A DNA stretch of 64,000 nucleotides, from the NCBI RefSeq assembly GCF_009914755.1, contig NC_060926.1. The stretch is one strand, 5' to 3'. The notes under the pieces were generated by a model. That model was not told the origin of the DNA and did not search any database. It worked only from the letters and a program-made list of their open reading frames with translations. Source of the stretch: the human T2T-CHM13v2.0 reference genome, Homo sapiens. The translations under genes and the position numbers were made by a program. How positions within the stretch are numbered: position 1 is the stretch's first letter; every line of letters starts with the position of its first letter. Shown here piece after piece: positions 48,258 to 61,290 of the stretch.

Positions 48258-50812
48258 AACAAACCCAAAGCTAACATGGGTTTCCCATACTGAACAGGCA
48301 AAAGTTGAAAGCATTCCCTCTAAACACTGGAACTAGACAAGGATGCCTCCTTTCACCATTCTTACTCAACATAGCACTGGAAGTCCTAGCCAGAGCACTT
48401 AGGCAACAGAAAGAAATAAAGGTATCCAAACTGGGAAAGAGGAAGTCAAATTGTACCTTTTTGCACATGACATGATATTAGATACAGAAAAACATAAAGA
48501 CTCAACCAAGAAACTCTTGGAACTGATAAATGAATTCAGTAAAGTTGTAGGATACAAAATCAACATATAAAAATCATTATCATTCATATATATCAACAAT
48601 GAATTAGCTGGAAAAGAAGTCAAGAAAGTAATATTTTTTATAATAGCCACAGCAAAAAATTACATACCTAAGATTACATTTTACCAAGGAGGTGAAAGAT
48701 CTCTACAATTAAAAGTATAAAACACTGGTGAAAGAGGACATAAAAATATTGTAAGATGACTAGGCACAGTGGCTCATGCCTGTAACCTCAGCACTTTGGG
48801 AAGCTGATGCAGGAAGACTGCTTGAGCCTGGGAGTTCAAGACCCACAACATAGCAAGGGACAACTCTACAAATTTTTTTTAAAATTAGTCAGGCCTGGTG
48901 TCATGCACCTGTAGTCTCAGCCACTGAGGTGGCAGGATTGCTTGAACCCGGGAGGTTGATACTGCAGTGAGCCATATTTGTGCCACCTCACTACAGCCTG
49001 ATAATAAGAAAAGAAAGAAAAAATAGTAAGACAACCCACGCTCATGGATTGAAAGAATTAATATTGTTACAATGACCATACTACCCAAAGCAATCTCAGG
49101 TTCAGTGCAATCCCTATTAAAATATCAATGACATTTTTCACAGAATTAGAAAAAATATTAACATTTGAATTGAACCACAAAACACTTTGAATGGCCAATG
49201 CCAAGCAAAAATAACAAAGTCAGAGATATCACATTACCTGAATTCAAAATATATGACAAAGGGATAAGTAACCAAGCAGCATGATATTGGTATAAAAACA
49301 GACACATAGACCAATAGAACAGAATAGAAAACTCAGATATAAATTCATGCATTTATAGCCAACTGAATTACAAGAAAGGTGCCAAGAATGTGCGCTGGGG
49401 AATGGGTACCCTTTTCAATAAAAGCTAGGAAAACTGGATATATGCATGCAAGACAACGTAAGTAGACTCCTGCCACTTGTCAAATACAAATATCAACTCA
49501 AAATGTATTAAATATTTAAATGTAAGGCCTGAAAATATAAAATCACTAGAAGAAAACATAGGAGTAATGCTTCAAGACATGAGTCCAGGCAAAGATTTTA
49601 TGGGTAGGACTATGAAAGCATAGGCATCAAAACAAAAATCAGCAAAAGGGACATTATAAGCTAAAAACCTTCTGTACAGCAAAGGAAAAAACCGAGTCAA
49701 GACACAACCTGCAGAATAGGAGAAAATATTTGCAAATTATTAGTCCAAGAAGGGATTAATATCCAGAATATATAAGGAACTCAAACAACTCAATATTTCC
49801 CAAACAAATGATTCTATTAAAAATGGACAAAAAAATCTGAGTAGACATTTCTCAATAGAAGACATACAGATGGCCAATAGGCATATGAATAAATGTTCAG
49901 CATCACTCATCATCAAGGAAATGCAAATCAAAACCACAATGAGGTATCACCTAACCTCAGTTAGAATAGCTATTCTCAAAAAGACAAATAATAACAAAGG
50001 CTGCTGAGGATGCAGAGAAAAATGAAGTTTTATACTCCATTGGTGGGAACATCAATTAGTACAGCCATTATGGAAAACAGTATGGAAGTTCCTCAAAAAA
50101 ACTAAAAATAGAACTACCATATGATCCAGTAATCCCACTAATGGATATTTATCCAAATGAAAATAAATCAGTAGATCAAAGAGTTATCTTTACCTCCATG
50201 CTTATTGCAGCACTATTCACAATAGTCAAGATATAGAATCAACGTAAGTACTCCTCAACAGATAAATGGATCAAGAAAAATGTGGTATGTATACACAATG
50301 GAATATTATTCAGCCATTAAAAGAAGGAAATCAGGTCGTCTGCAGCTACATGAGTGAACCTGGAAGACCTTATGTTAAATTAAATGAATCAGGCACAAAA
50401 AGATAAGTACTGCATGTTCTCACTCAAGTGGAAGCTAAAAAAACAAAAATGAGTTTATAGAAATAGAGAGTAGAATTACGGTTGTTAGAAGCTGGGATGG
50501 GTAGCAGGGAGGAGAGGAGAGGGAGAAGTTACCTAATGGATGCAGAATTACAACTAGATGGGAGGAAAAAGTTCTAGTGTTCTGTAGCACTGTAGGGTGA
50601 ATATACCTAACAATAATTTATTGTATATGTTAAAAATACTAGAAGAGAGGATTTTAAATGCCTCCTACAAAAAGAAATGAGAAATATTTGAGGTGATGGA
50701 TATGCTAATTACCCTAATTTGGTCATTACACATTGTATACATGTATAGGGATATTGTATGCTCCATATATATGTACAATTATTATGTGTCAACTAAAAAC
50801 AAAAGAAAAAAG
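48258..50812 (+). mobile_element. 5'-truncated L1MA (about L1MA5), ~2.3 kb plus nested AluJ
   Basis: ORF2 RT-to-C-terminus remnant and L1MA 3'UTR (gaggtgatggatatgctaattaccc...attatgtgtcaactaaaaa). Confidence 0.88.
48758..49020 (+). mobile_element. AluJ nested in L1MA
   Basis: GCTTGAGCCTGGGAGTTCAAG AluJ diagnostic, internal deletions; flanks aaaatattgtaaga / aaaatagtaaga. Confidence 0.85.
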
Positions 50813-51294
50813 TGTCTATAATTATTCAGGTATAATTTTACACTGTTATCTGTAGCTTACTCTGGCCTCTTATGTTGACAAACTGTGTTTTTTAAGTTCA
50901 CTTTACTGAATGACATATTTACTGTTAACTCATTTCATGTAGTTTTTATTAAATAATTATTCAATGCCTACTACATATCTGTCAGACACTTGATAAGTGT
51001 TGAATGCACAGTGTCACGTGAGACATGGTTCCTGTCTCCAGTGAGTTATTGTCCAATGCAGAAGAAAGATACACACACACATGCACATGTGTATTTTGGA
51101 GGATGGGGTGAACTAAAAGTCCAGGATTGCATAAGTAAAATGTGAAAATGCTCAAATCAAGAAGGTCATTGTGAGTTCTTTAAAGCCCAAACCAAATGTG
51201 TTCAAATCTAAGTCATCTTTCTGATGTATCTTAGGCATTGAAGTTTTGGTGCACTGAGTAGAATACATCGTGATTATGAAATGTTTTCATTGGG

Positions 51295-51545
51295 ACGTAG
51301 TATAAATTAATTGATAATGGTAAAGACTTTGAAATCATATTGTCTTGGTTCAATTTTTTCCCCTCAACACATCAGCTGTATGATTATGGATAGGTTTTTA
51401 ACCTTTGGGTTTCACTGTCCTCATATGTAAAGTAAGCAAATAGTGCTAATACTTCTTGGACTTGTTATGAGAATGAATAGGTAATACCTACAAAATGTTT
51501 TGAGTGTTGTCCTTACACATAGGGATTAGACAATATCCACTATTA
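51295..51545 (+). mobile_element. MIR remnant
   Basis: agactttgaaatca...cagctgtatga...tttaacctttgggtttcactgtcctcatatgtaaa...ttgttatgagaat. Confidence 0.6.
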
Positions 51546-52676
51546 TTTTAAAGTTACTTTAATGATATTGCTTATTTGGGAAGCAGATTTTTTTTGCCTT
51601 TTCTATATCAGAATGGTTAGTTGAAAATATTTTACTTTTAAAATAATTATTGAACTGGGAAAATGATTTCATCAGCAAGATACAGAAAAAAGTTGGCAAA
51701 GGTAAAAATACTTTTATTTTTCATCAAAATATTAATATATTATTTTTCTGATTTATGGCTCAGACCTATTCATTATTATTCCTTAGATGCTCGAATCCTC
51801 CATACAATGTGGTACTTTTAAAGAGAACATCTGTTTTTGTACAAAGTGTTGCTATGAAACTTCAGTAGGAAAACATAGCAAACACATATACAAAGTTTAG
51901 TACTGCAGCTAAGGCATGGGATTATATTGGTTTGGTTTGTTCATTAAAAAAAGGAAACAATTATTAGCTAAACCACACATTTCAGATGAATAAGGATAAG
52001 AAATTCAGGGATTATATTGTTCTTTGGTAAAAAATCTTTGTTTTATAGATTTCAGTGCCTTGAAGGCTCATAGGAAATGTAGCTTCTTTTATGTCTAAAT
52101 GTGTTTTGTTATAGAAATTACTCAAGCTATCTTAAATGAAGACCTCAATTGAAGTTTTTAGACTATATTATTTTGCTTGTATTCCACAATAACTGTGTTA
52201 TTACTTCCAATCTTTGATTCTGAGAAATCTGGCCTTTATTTTTTAGAGAGAGAAAATCTCTTGAGAGTTTTGAGATTAGTGTAGAAATATGCAATTTTTT
52301 ATTCCTTCTAAATTTCACGCTTTTATATTAGAAGATGTTCTGTGAGGTTTTTTTCTGGACAGATATTAAGACAGAATCAATCAAAACCAACGTAAACACA
52401 CTGTTAAATTCACACACAAGAAAAGAGGTGTGTCATCAATTAATTTACATAAATTATCTAGCTGGCTTTGAAACCTATTGACATGTGAGAAGTTCAGAGT
52501 TCCTTCAGCATAGGGCATTCTGTTAAGAATATACATGTTTAAACAGACAAAAGAATTTATATAGATACCATAGACATTTTCTGTAATGATATGAAGTATA
52601 ATTTGTATTTACTTTCTTCAAATATGGGAATCTCTAATGTCTTTCAAAATTACCATGATGTTGAAGACAATGTTTA

Positions 52677-52748
52677 TAGTGATCTCATATACAAGTATAG
52701 ATTTTACTGCTCTAGTGATATAATTTACAAGTATAGATTTTACTGCTC
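52677..52748. repeat. 36-bp tandem duplication (tagtgat....at.tacaagtatagattttactgctc x2)
   Basis: Units 52677-52712 and 52713-52748, last 23 bp identical. Confidence 0.88.
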
Positions 52749-53179
52749 TTTCTTCTTTGTTTCTGTGCAATCTGTTACACCAACCAAAAATAAGATTGAA
52801 CCGAGATATGATTTTTAGTAAACTTGGTGCTTAGTAAATTTATTTAGATACTTAGTAAATTAACTAAAATTAATTTAGGTGTTTAGTATATTTATTGAAT
52901 GAAATCTAGCCTAATATTTATAACTGGAATGTTTTATAATTGATTTATAAAAATCACAAGTGATGTTCTTTTTATACAGTATCTATGTCTTTATCAAGTC
53001 ATAGAGATTATATACTTAGTATAAAGAGCAACATCAAGATTTTGATGGCTGGAAAGAACACTAGAGGAGGACCCCTGAATATCCATTTTCACTTAACTTA
53101 TCTGAGTCTGTTACCTTGAGCATAAAACGGAAACGATGACATTACCCCAGTAATTATAGTTTTGTGTTTTTCCCCAGTC

Positions 53180-54130
53180 ACCTTAGAAATATGTGCTGAG
53201 TACCTCATTATGTGCTGCTCATAATTTTAAATACTGTACTGAGGATTTGCTCCCTACTTTCAAAGAAATACCTTATAGTCAGTGGGGGAAAAAAACTAGC
53301 AGACTTTTACTACAAGGTAATATGTTATGACATTATAATTTGGTTTTATTTGTTGGTCGCAGCTTAAATATCACCTCTTCAGAGGAATTTCCTGATCACC
53401 CAGTCTAAAGCAGCCTTCCAGACAATATCATAATCTTTTTTAAAGTGCACAGCACTATCTAAATTTTCTTTCTTATTTGTTCATTATTTTTCTGTCTCCC
53501 CTCAAATAAAATGTCAGTCTTATGGCTGCAGATACTATGTTATTCTTTTCACTTCTTTACCCTAGTCCTTATCATTATGCATATATATATATATATATAT
53601 TAGGTTTTCATTAATATTTATTGAATAAATGAATGAAAGGAAACTTAAAAATACTTGTGCCATGGCAGCATAGATAAAGAGACTTTATTAATTTAAATAA
53701 TTTTTTTTCTACTATGTTCCAGAGACATACTGTTTGCCCCGGGGAATACTTTGTTAATCTTAGTCTGGCGGGAAGGCATTGATCAGCTTTATAATTGCAA
53801 ACAATTGTAAGTGCTATGGAGAAATAGTGAAGGGTGGCATATGACTATGTTGAAGAATAAGGTATTTCCCTAATATGGGAGATTAGAAGCCTTTTGAGGA
53901 AGTTTCACTTGAGCTGAAATTTGAACTGTTTGAACTAACCAAGTAAAAGCAATGAGAACATCATATGCAAAGGCCCTGTGATGATGACAGCAGTAGTCTT
54001 TGAAGAAAGTGAAAGAAAACCAGTATGGATTAACTGTAATGGGTGAGCACTTGGTAGAGTGGGAGAGATATAACTGAAATGCTGGACACAGAACTTGTAA
54101 GTCACTGTGCTGGTCCGTATTAGTAGTTGA
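53180..54130. mobile_element. Cluster of L2 remnants in both orientations, with (AT)10 at 53581-53600
   Basis: cagcttaaatatcacctcttcagagga...aatatttattgaataaatgaatgaa (plus); atgtgctgagtacctcattatgtgc and tgcaaaggccctgtg (minus). Confidence 0.55.
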
Positions 54131-54288
54131 TATCGGAAAGCAAAATGTATACAGGAGAAACAGTGTAAATAAAGCAAAAGAGTAAAAAAAAGTTAGGGAT
54201 GCATACAGTGTTTGTCCTTTGACATAACTGGGTTACTCTGAAATATCAACATTTTCAAAATCTCTTCTGTCAACACTACTATAAGGAC

Positions 54289-54292
<4 letters not shown>

Positions 54293-54342
<50 letters not shown>
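54293..54342. repeat. (TA)20(CA)5 microsatellite
   Basis: Perfect TA run 54293-54332. Confidence 0.95.
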
Positions 54343-54700
54343 TGTATACATAAAAACATGTATTGCAAATAGAAATAAGGTCTCTATTTAAAAATCTAAC
54401 AGTTATTTGCTAATCACTTATTTTTATACATATAGGCATTAGAGAAAAAATAAATATTCATCAAAGTGAATTAAAAACAAGTTTACAGTATAATCAGTAG
54501 AGAATAGGTCACATTAAATACAAAATGTATAATTAAGTCAAAATATTCATTGAATGTCTGACTTGCATAGGAAGAGACACAAGGTCTAGTACTATTTTCA
54601 AAAAATCAGCTGAGACATAAAACATACATGTGACAAGCATCATAACAAACATGTGACCTACACAAATATAAAAGGAAATAGCTGAGTAAGAGCTAGGCTT

Positions 54701-54983
54701 GGCCAGGTGCAGTGGCTTATGCCTATAACCCCAGCACATTAAGAGGCCCAGGTTGGTAGACGGGGGCAAAACCCAGTCTCTACAAAAAATTCAAAAATTA
54801 GCTGGGTGTGGTGGTGGTGGCATGTGCCTGTAGTCCCAGCTACTCACAAGGCTGAGGCAGAATATCACTTGAACCCAGAAGGCAGAGGTTGCAGTGAGCA
54901 GAGATGGCACCACTGCACTCCAGTCTGGGTGACAGAGTTAGACTCTGTCTCAAAAAAATAAAAAATAAAAAATAAAAAAATAT
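54701..54983 (+). mobile_element. AluJb-like with ~35-40-bp deletion in the left arm (B-box lost)
   Basis: Jump from ...ggttggtaga to cgggggcaaaaccc; TSD aagagctaggctt / aagatttgggctt. Confidence 0.85.
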
Positions 54984-56340
54984 AAGATTTGGGCTTAGTA
55001 AATATAGAAGGCTTTGTAGGGGATCAAGTTTGAATTGCATTTTGAGAAAAGAAGATGATGAATATTAATAAACACGTGAAGTGAATGGGAGAGAGGCTAG
55101 TAATCAAAGGCATGAAGCCCAAGCCATAGAAGTAAGAACTAATGAAATGTGTGAAATTAACAGATATTAATTTTATGGAAAGATAAAGCTCAAGAGTAGA
55201 AACCTTGATTAAAAAGATACCTCGTCAATTATCTGAAGGATAAGGGAAGAAAGAGCATTTCAGATGGAGGCACTCCCTGTGTGAAAGCTTGGATCATTCA
55301 GTGTCAGTCATGTAGCAAGATGATGTTAGCTTGGAGATGTAGCTATGGTAGAGGCTGACCACTACTAAAGGAGCTAGGTCATTATAGGCCTGGTCATCTT
55401 GCTATAGAGCTGTAGTCTGGTGCATTGAAAAAGTACTGAGTGAAACAGAAGGGAGCTAGGACATGATTACAGAGGGCTGGGAGGGAGATGATGAATATAA
55501 AGGAAAAGGGAAGTGAGGAGAGAAACTAGATGTTAGAGGTATTTAGTCAATTCAGTAGGATTTAATGATTTATTGCAGACAGAATGAAGGGGAAGGAGAA
55601 TGAAGGATAATTCTTATGTCTGTTTAGCTAATTGAACACTTAAGGGGAACCCTGGGCCAACAAGGTTTTTCTTTTTTTAATTTTTATTTTTTTAGAAGAG
55701 ATAGTGAATTAAATGTTATTTGCATTTAATCCTAGGTAATTGAGATACACAGGATGAGATATCTAGAGGGTAGATAGTCAGGTCCAGCCTTGGTGTTACC
55801 CATTTGGAAGCCATAGCATCGTAATGGATTAGATTTTAGCTGGGCCTAGGAGGATGAGGTGTGTTATTGGTCAGTACCAGGGAAAAACAGAGGGCTTCTG
55901 AGCTGCATGGTGACATGTCCATGGAGTAAGGAGAAGACAGGTATCACTGAACTCAGCATGTGCTGGAATAATATGTGATAAGGATGAATCATGGATCAGT
56001 AAGGTGAGGCAAATTTATAGATGGAAGTAACAGAATAAGAGGTGCTACACTTTTTAATTGAAGCAACTTTTAGAAAAGGAAGATGAAATTACACAATGAA
56101 TGAACTGCTTAAGGATGAATAATTGGGTAGACATTGGAAGACAGGACTTTATTTCAGTCAAGTCATGTGAATTGTGGTTACTGTGGTTGGAAGATATAGG
56201 AGAGGTACATAATAGCTGTCATATAAGAGACAAAGAATAAGAGTAACATGGAAATGTATGCTCAAATGAGACAGATCAATAATTGTATTCATGATTTACT
56301 GACACGAAATGCTCTTTATTGCCTGTATCCCAGGTCTTAC

Positions 56341-56561
56341 CTTGTTTCCAGTTAGCTGTGATTTCAAAGAAGATACTCCTTTGTGACCCTTGCTTCAGTC
56401 ATCTTTCCATTTCTTTCTTTTCTCTTTGTTTCTGCTAACCTGCTGAGGAGGCTGACAGCTCTGGACGCAAGTGTTTTTGCTTCAGGAGTAGATGGGAGAA
56501 AAGCATGTCCTGTAGTTATAATGCTGCTTTTTCCTAGGCAGGGAGAAGCAGCCCCTAAATT
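56341..56561 (-). other. Candidate spliced exon (probably non-coding), 221 bp
   Basis: Minus-strand acceptor gtatttttctctag|AA and donor AAG|gtaaga in unique sequence; a further donor GAG|gtaagta lies 156 bp upstream. Confidence 0.35.
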
Positions 56562-56868
56562 CTAGAGAAAAATACTGCCTTAGTTCAATGTAGCAGTTCT
56601 GATATTCCTGTGAGTTTAAGAAAAAACAAACAAACCCTTCCTCCGCTCACCAAACGAAGCAATAACAAACCAACAAACCAGAAACCTTAAAGCAGAGGAA
56701 ATCCAGATTGTACTTACTCTTCTTCTCACTCACAAAGAAAAGGATTCACCACATTTTTACTGTCATGGCATTATTGCCGTTAAAGTCTTTTTCTTTCTCT
56801 GTCTAGTAAGTCTTTTTTTTCCTGTTCAATACAGTTTTTTTTTGCTTGTTCATTTTTTTTCCGATCTA

Positions 56869-57219
<351 letters not shown>

Positions 57220-57452
57220 GGACCCTGATAACCATTTGTAGATACAAACACATTTCAAGTTGGGTCTGGTGGGCCGTTTTCCTTTAGGGTTCACCACTTG
57301 TGGTGCCATGTTGCAAAGACACAGTGCTATTTATCATGTAGCTATCTTACAGATCTTTTGTCTAATACCTAACAAACCACTCTTTTAGTCCTCCAGGAAA
57401 AAGTTCTGGGCACTTTAAGCCCCATGCCTTGTTCAGAATTATCCTTGCTATA

Positions 57453-57857
57453 TGCTGTGGTCTAAAATGTGATTCTCCAAAATTCATTTCATGAAGCCCC
57501 AAAGCATAGTAGCTTAGAATGTAACCATATTTGGATATAAGACTTTAAAGATGTGACTGCTTTACTATGAGCTCAACAGGGTGGGGCCCTAATTCAATGC
57601 GACTGGTGTTCTTATAAGAGGAAAAGACACTGTGGAGAAAAGAAAGAAGAAAAGGAAGATTAAAAGCCATCTGAGGATACAGGAAGAAGGTGGCCTTCTG
57701 CAAGCCAATGAGAGAGGCCTGAGAAGAAACCAAACCTGCTGACACCTGGATCTTGACCTTCTAGCTTCCAAAACTGTGACAAAATATATTTCTGTTGTTT
57801 AGGCCACTTAGTCTGTGGGTTTTTTTTTTATGTCTGTCATAGAAAACGTAATATACA
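57453..57857 (+). mobile_element. MLT1B/MSTD-like MaLR solo LTR
   Basis: TGCTGTGGTCT start, gggtggggccctaattcaat, aaacctgctgacacctggatcttgac, ...taatataca end. Confidence 0.85.
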
Positions 57858-58289
57858 GTACTTTCTGGTGAGTAAGTTTTTATTTTCCCTGAGTGAATTT
57901 TTAGTAGCACATATCTTTTCTGTGCTGAAAATGTGAGACCTCTGATGATTTGATGAGCCCTTCTCTTACCCTAACTTGCTTTTACACTTGTAATATTATA
58001 CCAAAACTAAGTGCTTTCTATTCTTATTTTCTTGTTAGTGTGATGTTTCACTTAGTTGCATTATTCATTTTGCTAGAAATTTTGAATACATTTGCTAAAG
58101 CTGGAATGAAAATCTCAATAAATGAATAAATAATGATTTAGTGACATCTGCCGTGTGCTTGTTCACTCGTTGATCTTTAAGAGTGAAATTTTCCAAAAGA
58201 GACTGATCATTAGGGGTTTCTGTAGATCTTAAGTATGATGCTTTTTAAAACCTTTTATCAGAAACACGCTTCTTTGATTAACATGAATA

Positions 58290-58545
58290 TAATATAGTGA
58301 TGTAGTTAAGAGTATATGGTCTGGAGTTAATGTGCTATGGTTTAAATCCTGGCTCAGCCTCTTGGAAGCTGGGTAACAATGAGTGAGATAATCAATTAAA
58401 TTAGAGCCTCATTTTCCTCATCTGTAGAACAAGAGTAATAATAGTTGTGTTCAACTCATAGTACTGTGATGAAGATTGAATAAGTTAATAAATACAACAG
58501 CACCTGGTTCATCGTAAATGCTCCCTACATTTGGGCTATTGTTAT
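58290..58545 (+). mobile_element. MIR
   Basis: gtagttaagagtatatggtctggag...aaatcctggctc...gagcctcattttcctcatctgtagaa...gtaaatgctc. Confidence 0.75.
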
Positions 58546-58633
58546 TTTTCTAAATTCTATTGCTTGCTTGTCTGAACATCATCTTGGGTTAATATTGTTA
58601 CTACTGGAACTTTATTGTGATATTAACTTAAAG

Positions 58634-59285
58634 CAGATTTCTCACCTTTGGCTCTATTGACATTTGGGGCTGGATAATTCTTTGTTGTGAGTGCTCTCCT
58701 GTGTATGTAGCATGTTTAGCATCTGTGGAGTTTAACAGCGTCTATAAAGTCTACCTACCAGACCCCGGTAGCACACTGCCTCCTCACCCAAGTTGTGACA
58801 ACTGAAAGTGTCTCTAGATGTATTCATCCATTTTCACATTGCTATAAAGAAATGCTAGAGGCTGGGTAATTTATAAAGAAAAGAGGTTTAATTGGCTCAT
58901 GATTCAGCAGGCTGTTCAGGGAGCATAGTAGCTTCTACTTCTAGGAAGGCCTCAGGAAAGTTTTAACCATGGCAGAAGGCGAAGGGGGAGCAAACACTTC
59001 ACATGGCTAGAGCAGCAGGAAGAGAGAGATTGGAGAGTTGCTACACAATTTTAAAAAACTAGATCTCATGCTAACTCACTATCACAAGAACAGCACTAGG
59101 GGATGGTGTTAAAACATTGGACCTCCATGATCCAGTCACCTCCCACGGGGTTTAGGTGGGGGCCCACCTCCAACACTGGGTATTACAATTCTGTATGAGA
59201 CTTGGTGGGGACTCTGAACAAAACCATATCACCAGACATTGCCAAATGTACTCTGGGGGTAAAACTACCCCCAGTTGAGAATCCC
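58634..59285. mobile_element. MER20 DNA transposon split by an MSTA LTR
   Basis: cagatttctcacctttggctctattgacatttggggctggataattctttgttgtg...gtctctaga [LTR] ccagacattgccaaatgt...cccagttgagaa. Confidence 0.85.
58819..59231 (-). mobile_element. MSTA-like MaLR solo LTR
   Basis: tgtatt... and ...aaaccatatca termini; 5-bp TSD ctaga/ccaga. Confidence 0.88.
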
Positions 59286-60169
59286 TAAAAAACTTTGATT
59301 AACAAATAAAATACTGTTTGGGAAAATATATCTAAAATCTGCTTCTTACATGAGCTCGATTTATTTTGACTGATAGTCTTGGGATTTTGTAAGGTAGCTT
59401 TTCTTTAAAAATATTATTAAAGGAGGTCATCTACAGTGTAACTCATAATTTCTCTCACTGTGTCATAAGGCCAGAATATCTTGATATGTCTAATTCTCTA
59501 AATTAGAATGTATAGCCATGAAAAACATAATTGACTTAAAAACTGATCAAATATGTTTTCATGAAAACATCTAGTAGCTGAAATAAATTATACCTGCCAC
59601 TTATTAGAGATAACTCAGATGTTATCACAAATGGAATTGTAATTACTTACTTATATTTCTCATGGTGCTATAGAGATTTGTCTAAATTAGAATTGGGAGT
59701 AGGAGGGAGAAATTTAAATATTCATGAAAGTGTGATGTCATATTTCATGATTAAAGGTATGGAAAGATTAAGTATATGGATAATTTTTAAAGTACCATAG
59801 AGGTATTTTTCTAGAGAAATGAGACACATCACAGTCAAGTACATGTGGATGTATATTATCTTTATAAATTAAGATATTGATATTACGTGGAACTTACTAT
59901 GGTTCAAGAACTCAGTAGGAATTTTTTAAAAAAATAAGTATGCTTGCATAAATTCCAAAGTATAATGACATCTTGTCTCTGTCATCCCTTTGTAGTCCAT
60001 CAAAATGATTAATGCCTGTCAGTTGCCATTCATTACTCTTTTGCTGACTGGAAGTTGCAGTGCCTCATCTGATACACTGATACACTGATCAATGTGGAAT
60101 AGGCTGAAAGTACATTTTGCGGGTCTGTGGAATTTGTCTTAATACTTACTCTAAAGTATTTAAATACTT

Positions 60170-60425
60170 AAATAGTTAATATTTATTTTATTTTACAATA
60201 AATACTGTTTTATACTTATATGTGTGTGTATGTATATATGATATATAATTTAAAGAATATATATCACTATATAATGATATATAAAGATATATGAATATAT
60301 GGATATAATGGTATATATACTATTCATTGTGATATATATATATAATGGTATATATATATTTCACTGTGATATGAAATATATATAAATATATTTTAAATAT
60401 TATATATATATATATATATATGTAT
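60170..60425. repeat. AT-rich low-complexity / degenerate (TA)n tract
   Basis: Interrupted TA runs, longest at ~60401-60421. Confidence 0.8.
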
Positions 60426-61139
60426 CACTACAGTGTTAAAGTCAAGAAGCATGGGAAGCAAACAGATCCAGAATTCAGGGAATACACCACATATAATAAA
60501 TGATATCTAGCTCTCTTTCTCCACTAAAAAATACGATTATTGTAGTTTAATAGCCTAATGGGATTTTCCACATACTTAATAGTTACCACATCATGTTTTC
60601 ATGCTAAGGACAGGTTTTCTATAATCCTTTACTGGCAAGGTGACAAGCTGGAAAAGAATGGGTTGTCTATTACTGATTATGTAGTCTCTAAGAAATCTTT
60701 TTCTTTTGTTGACAATTTGAATGCCATGTCTTACAGTTTTTGTCAGTGTGAGAATTTTTTAAATTACTTATTTTATTTTTATTTTGTTGGATGCTTTTTC
60801 TGTTTGACCAATACCAGCAAGTCCTTCCAAAATCACAATATAGCTAAACATATCTTCCTTTCTCAATTGTATTAAATGTTTATTATATTATTAATTGGGC
60901 GAATTTTTGTATTAATATGTTATTTAAAATACACCATTTAAAATTAGATTCAATATTTATGTCAGTTTTACTTTCTTTCTCTTTGTCCTGATTGTTTTAT
61001 ATAGTCAACATTGAAACTGAGAATAGAGAGAAAGAGAAACAAGGGATTTTAAAGGATAATAGTAATAAGCCTTTGTATAATTTTTTTCATACATGACTTT
61101 TTAAAATTTCATAATAGTGAGGTGATGTGGATGTACCTT

Positions 61140-61290
61140 CTAACATCATCACATTTTGACAGTGAGGAAAGTGAGACTATGCATGGGAAAAAGTGAGGCT
61201 TAGTAAGTGAAGCAATAAAGTGGAAATGGTACTTTGTCTAGCCCCTCTGACCCCAGACCCTGTGCTCTCATGCTACATCACAGTGTCTGT
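61140..61290 (-). mobile_element. MIR remnant
   Basis: catcacattttgacagtgaggaaagtgagact...ctctgaccccagaccctgtgctct. Confidence 0.55.
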
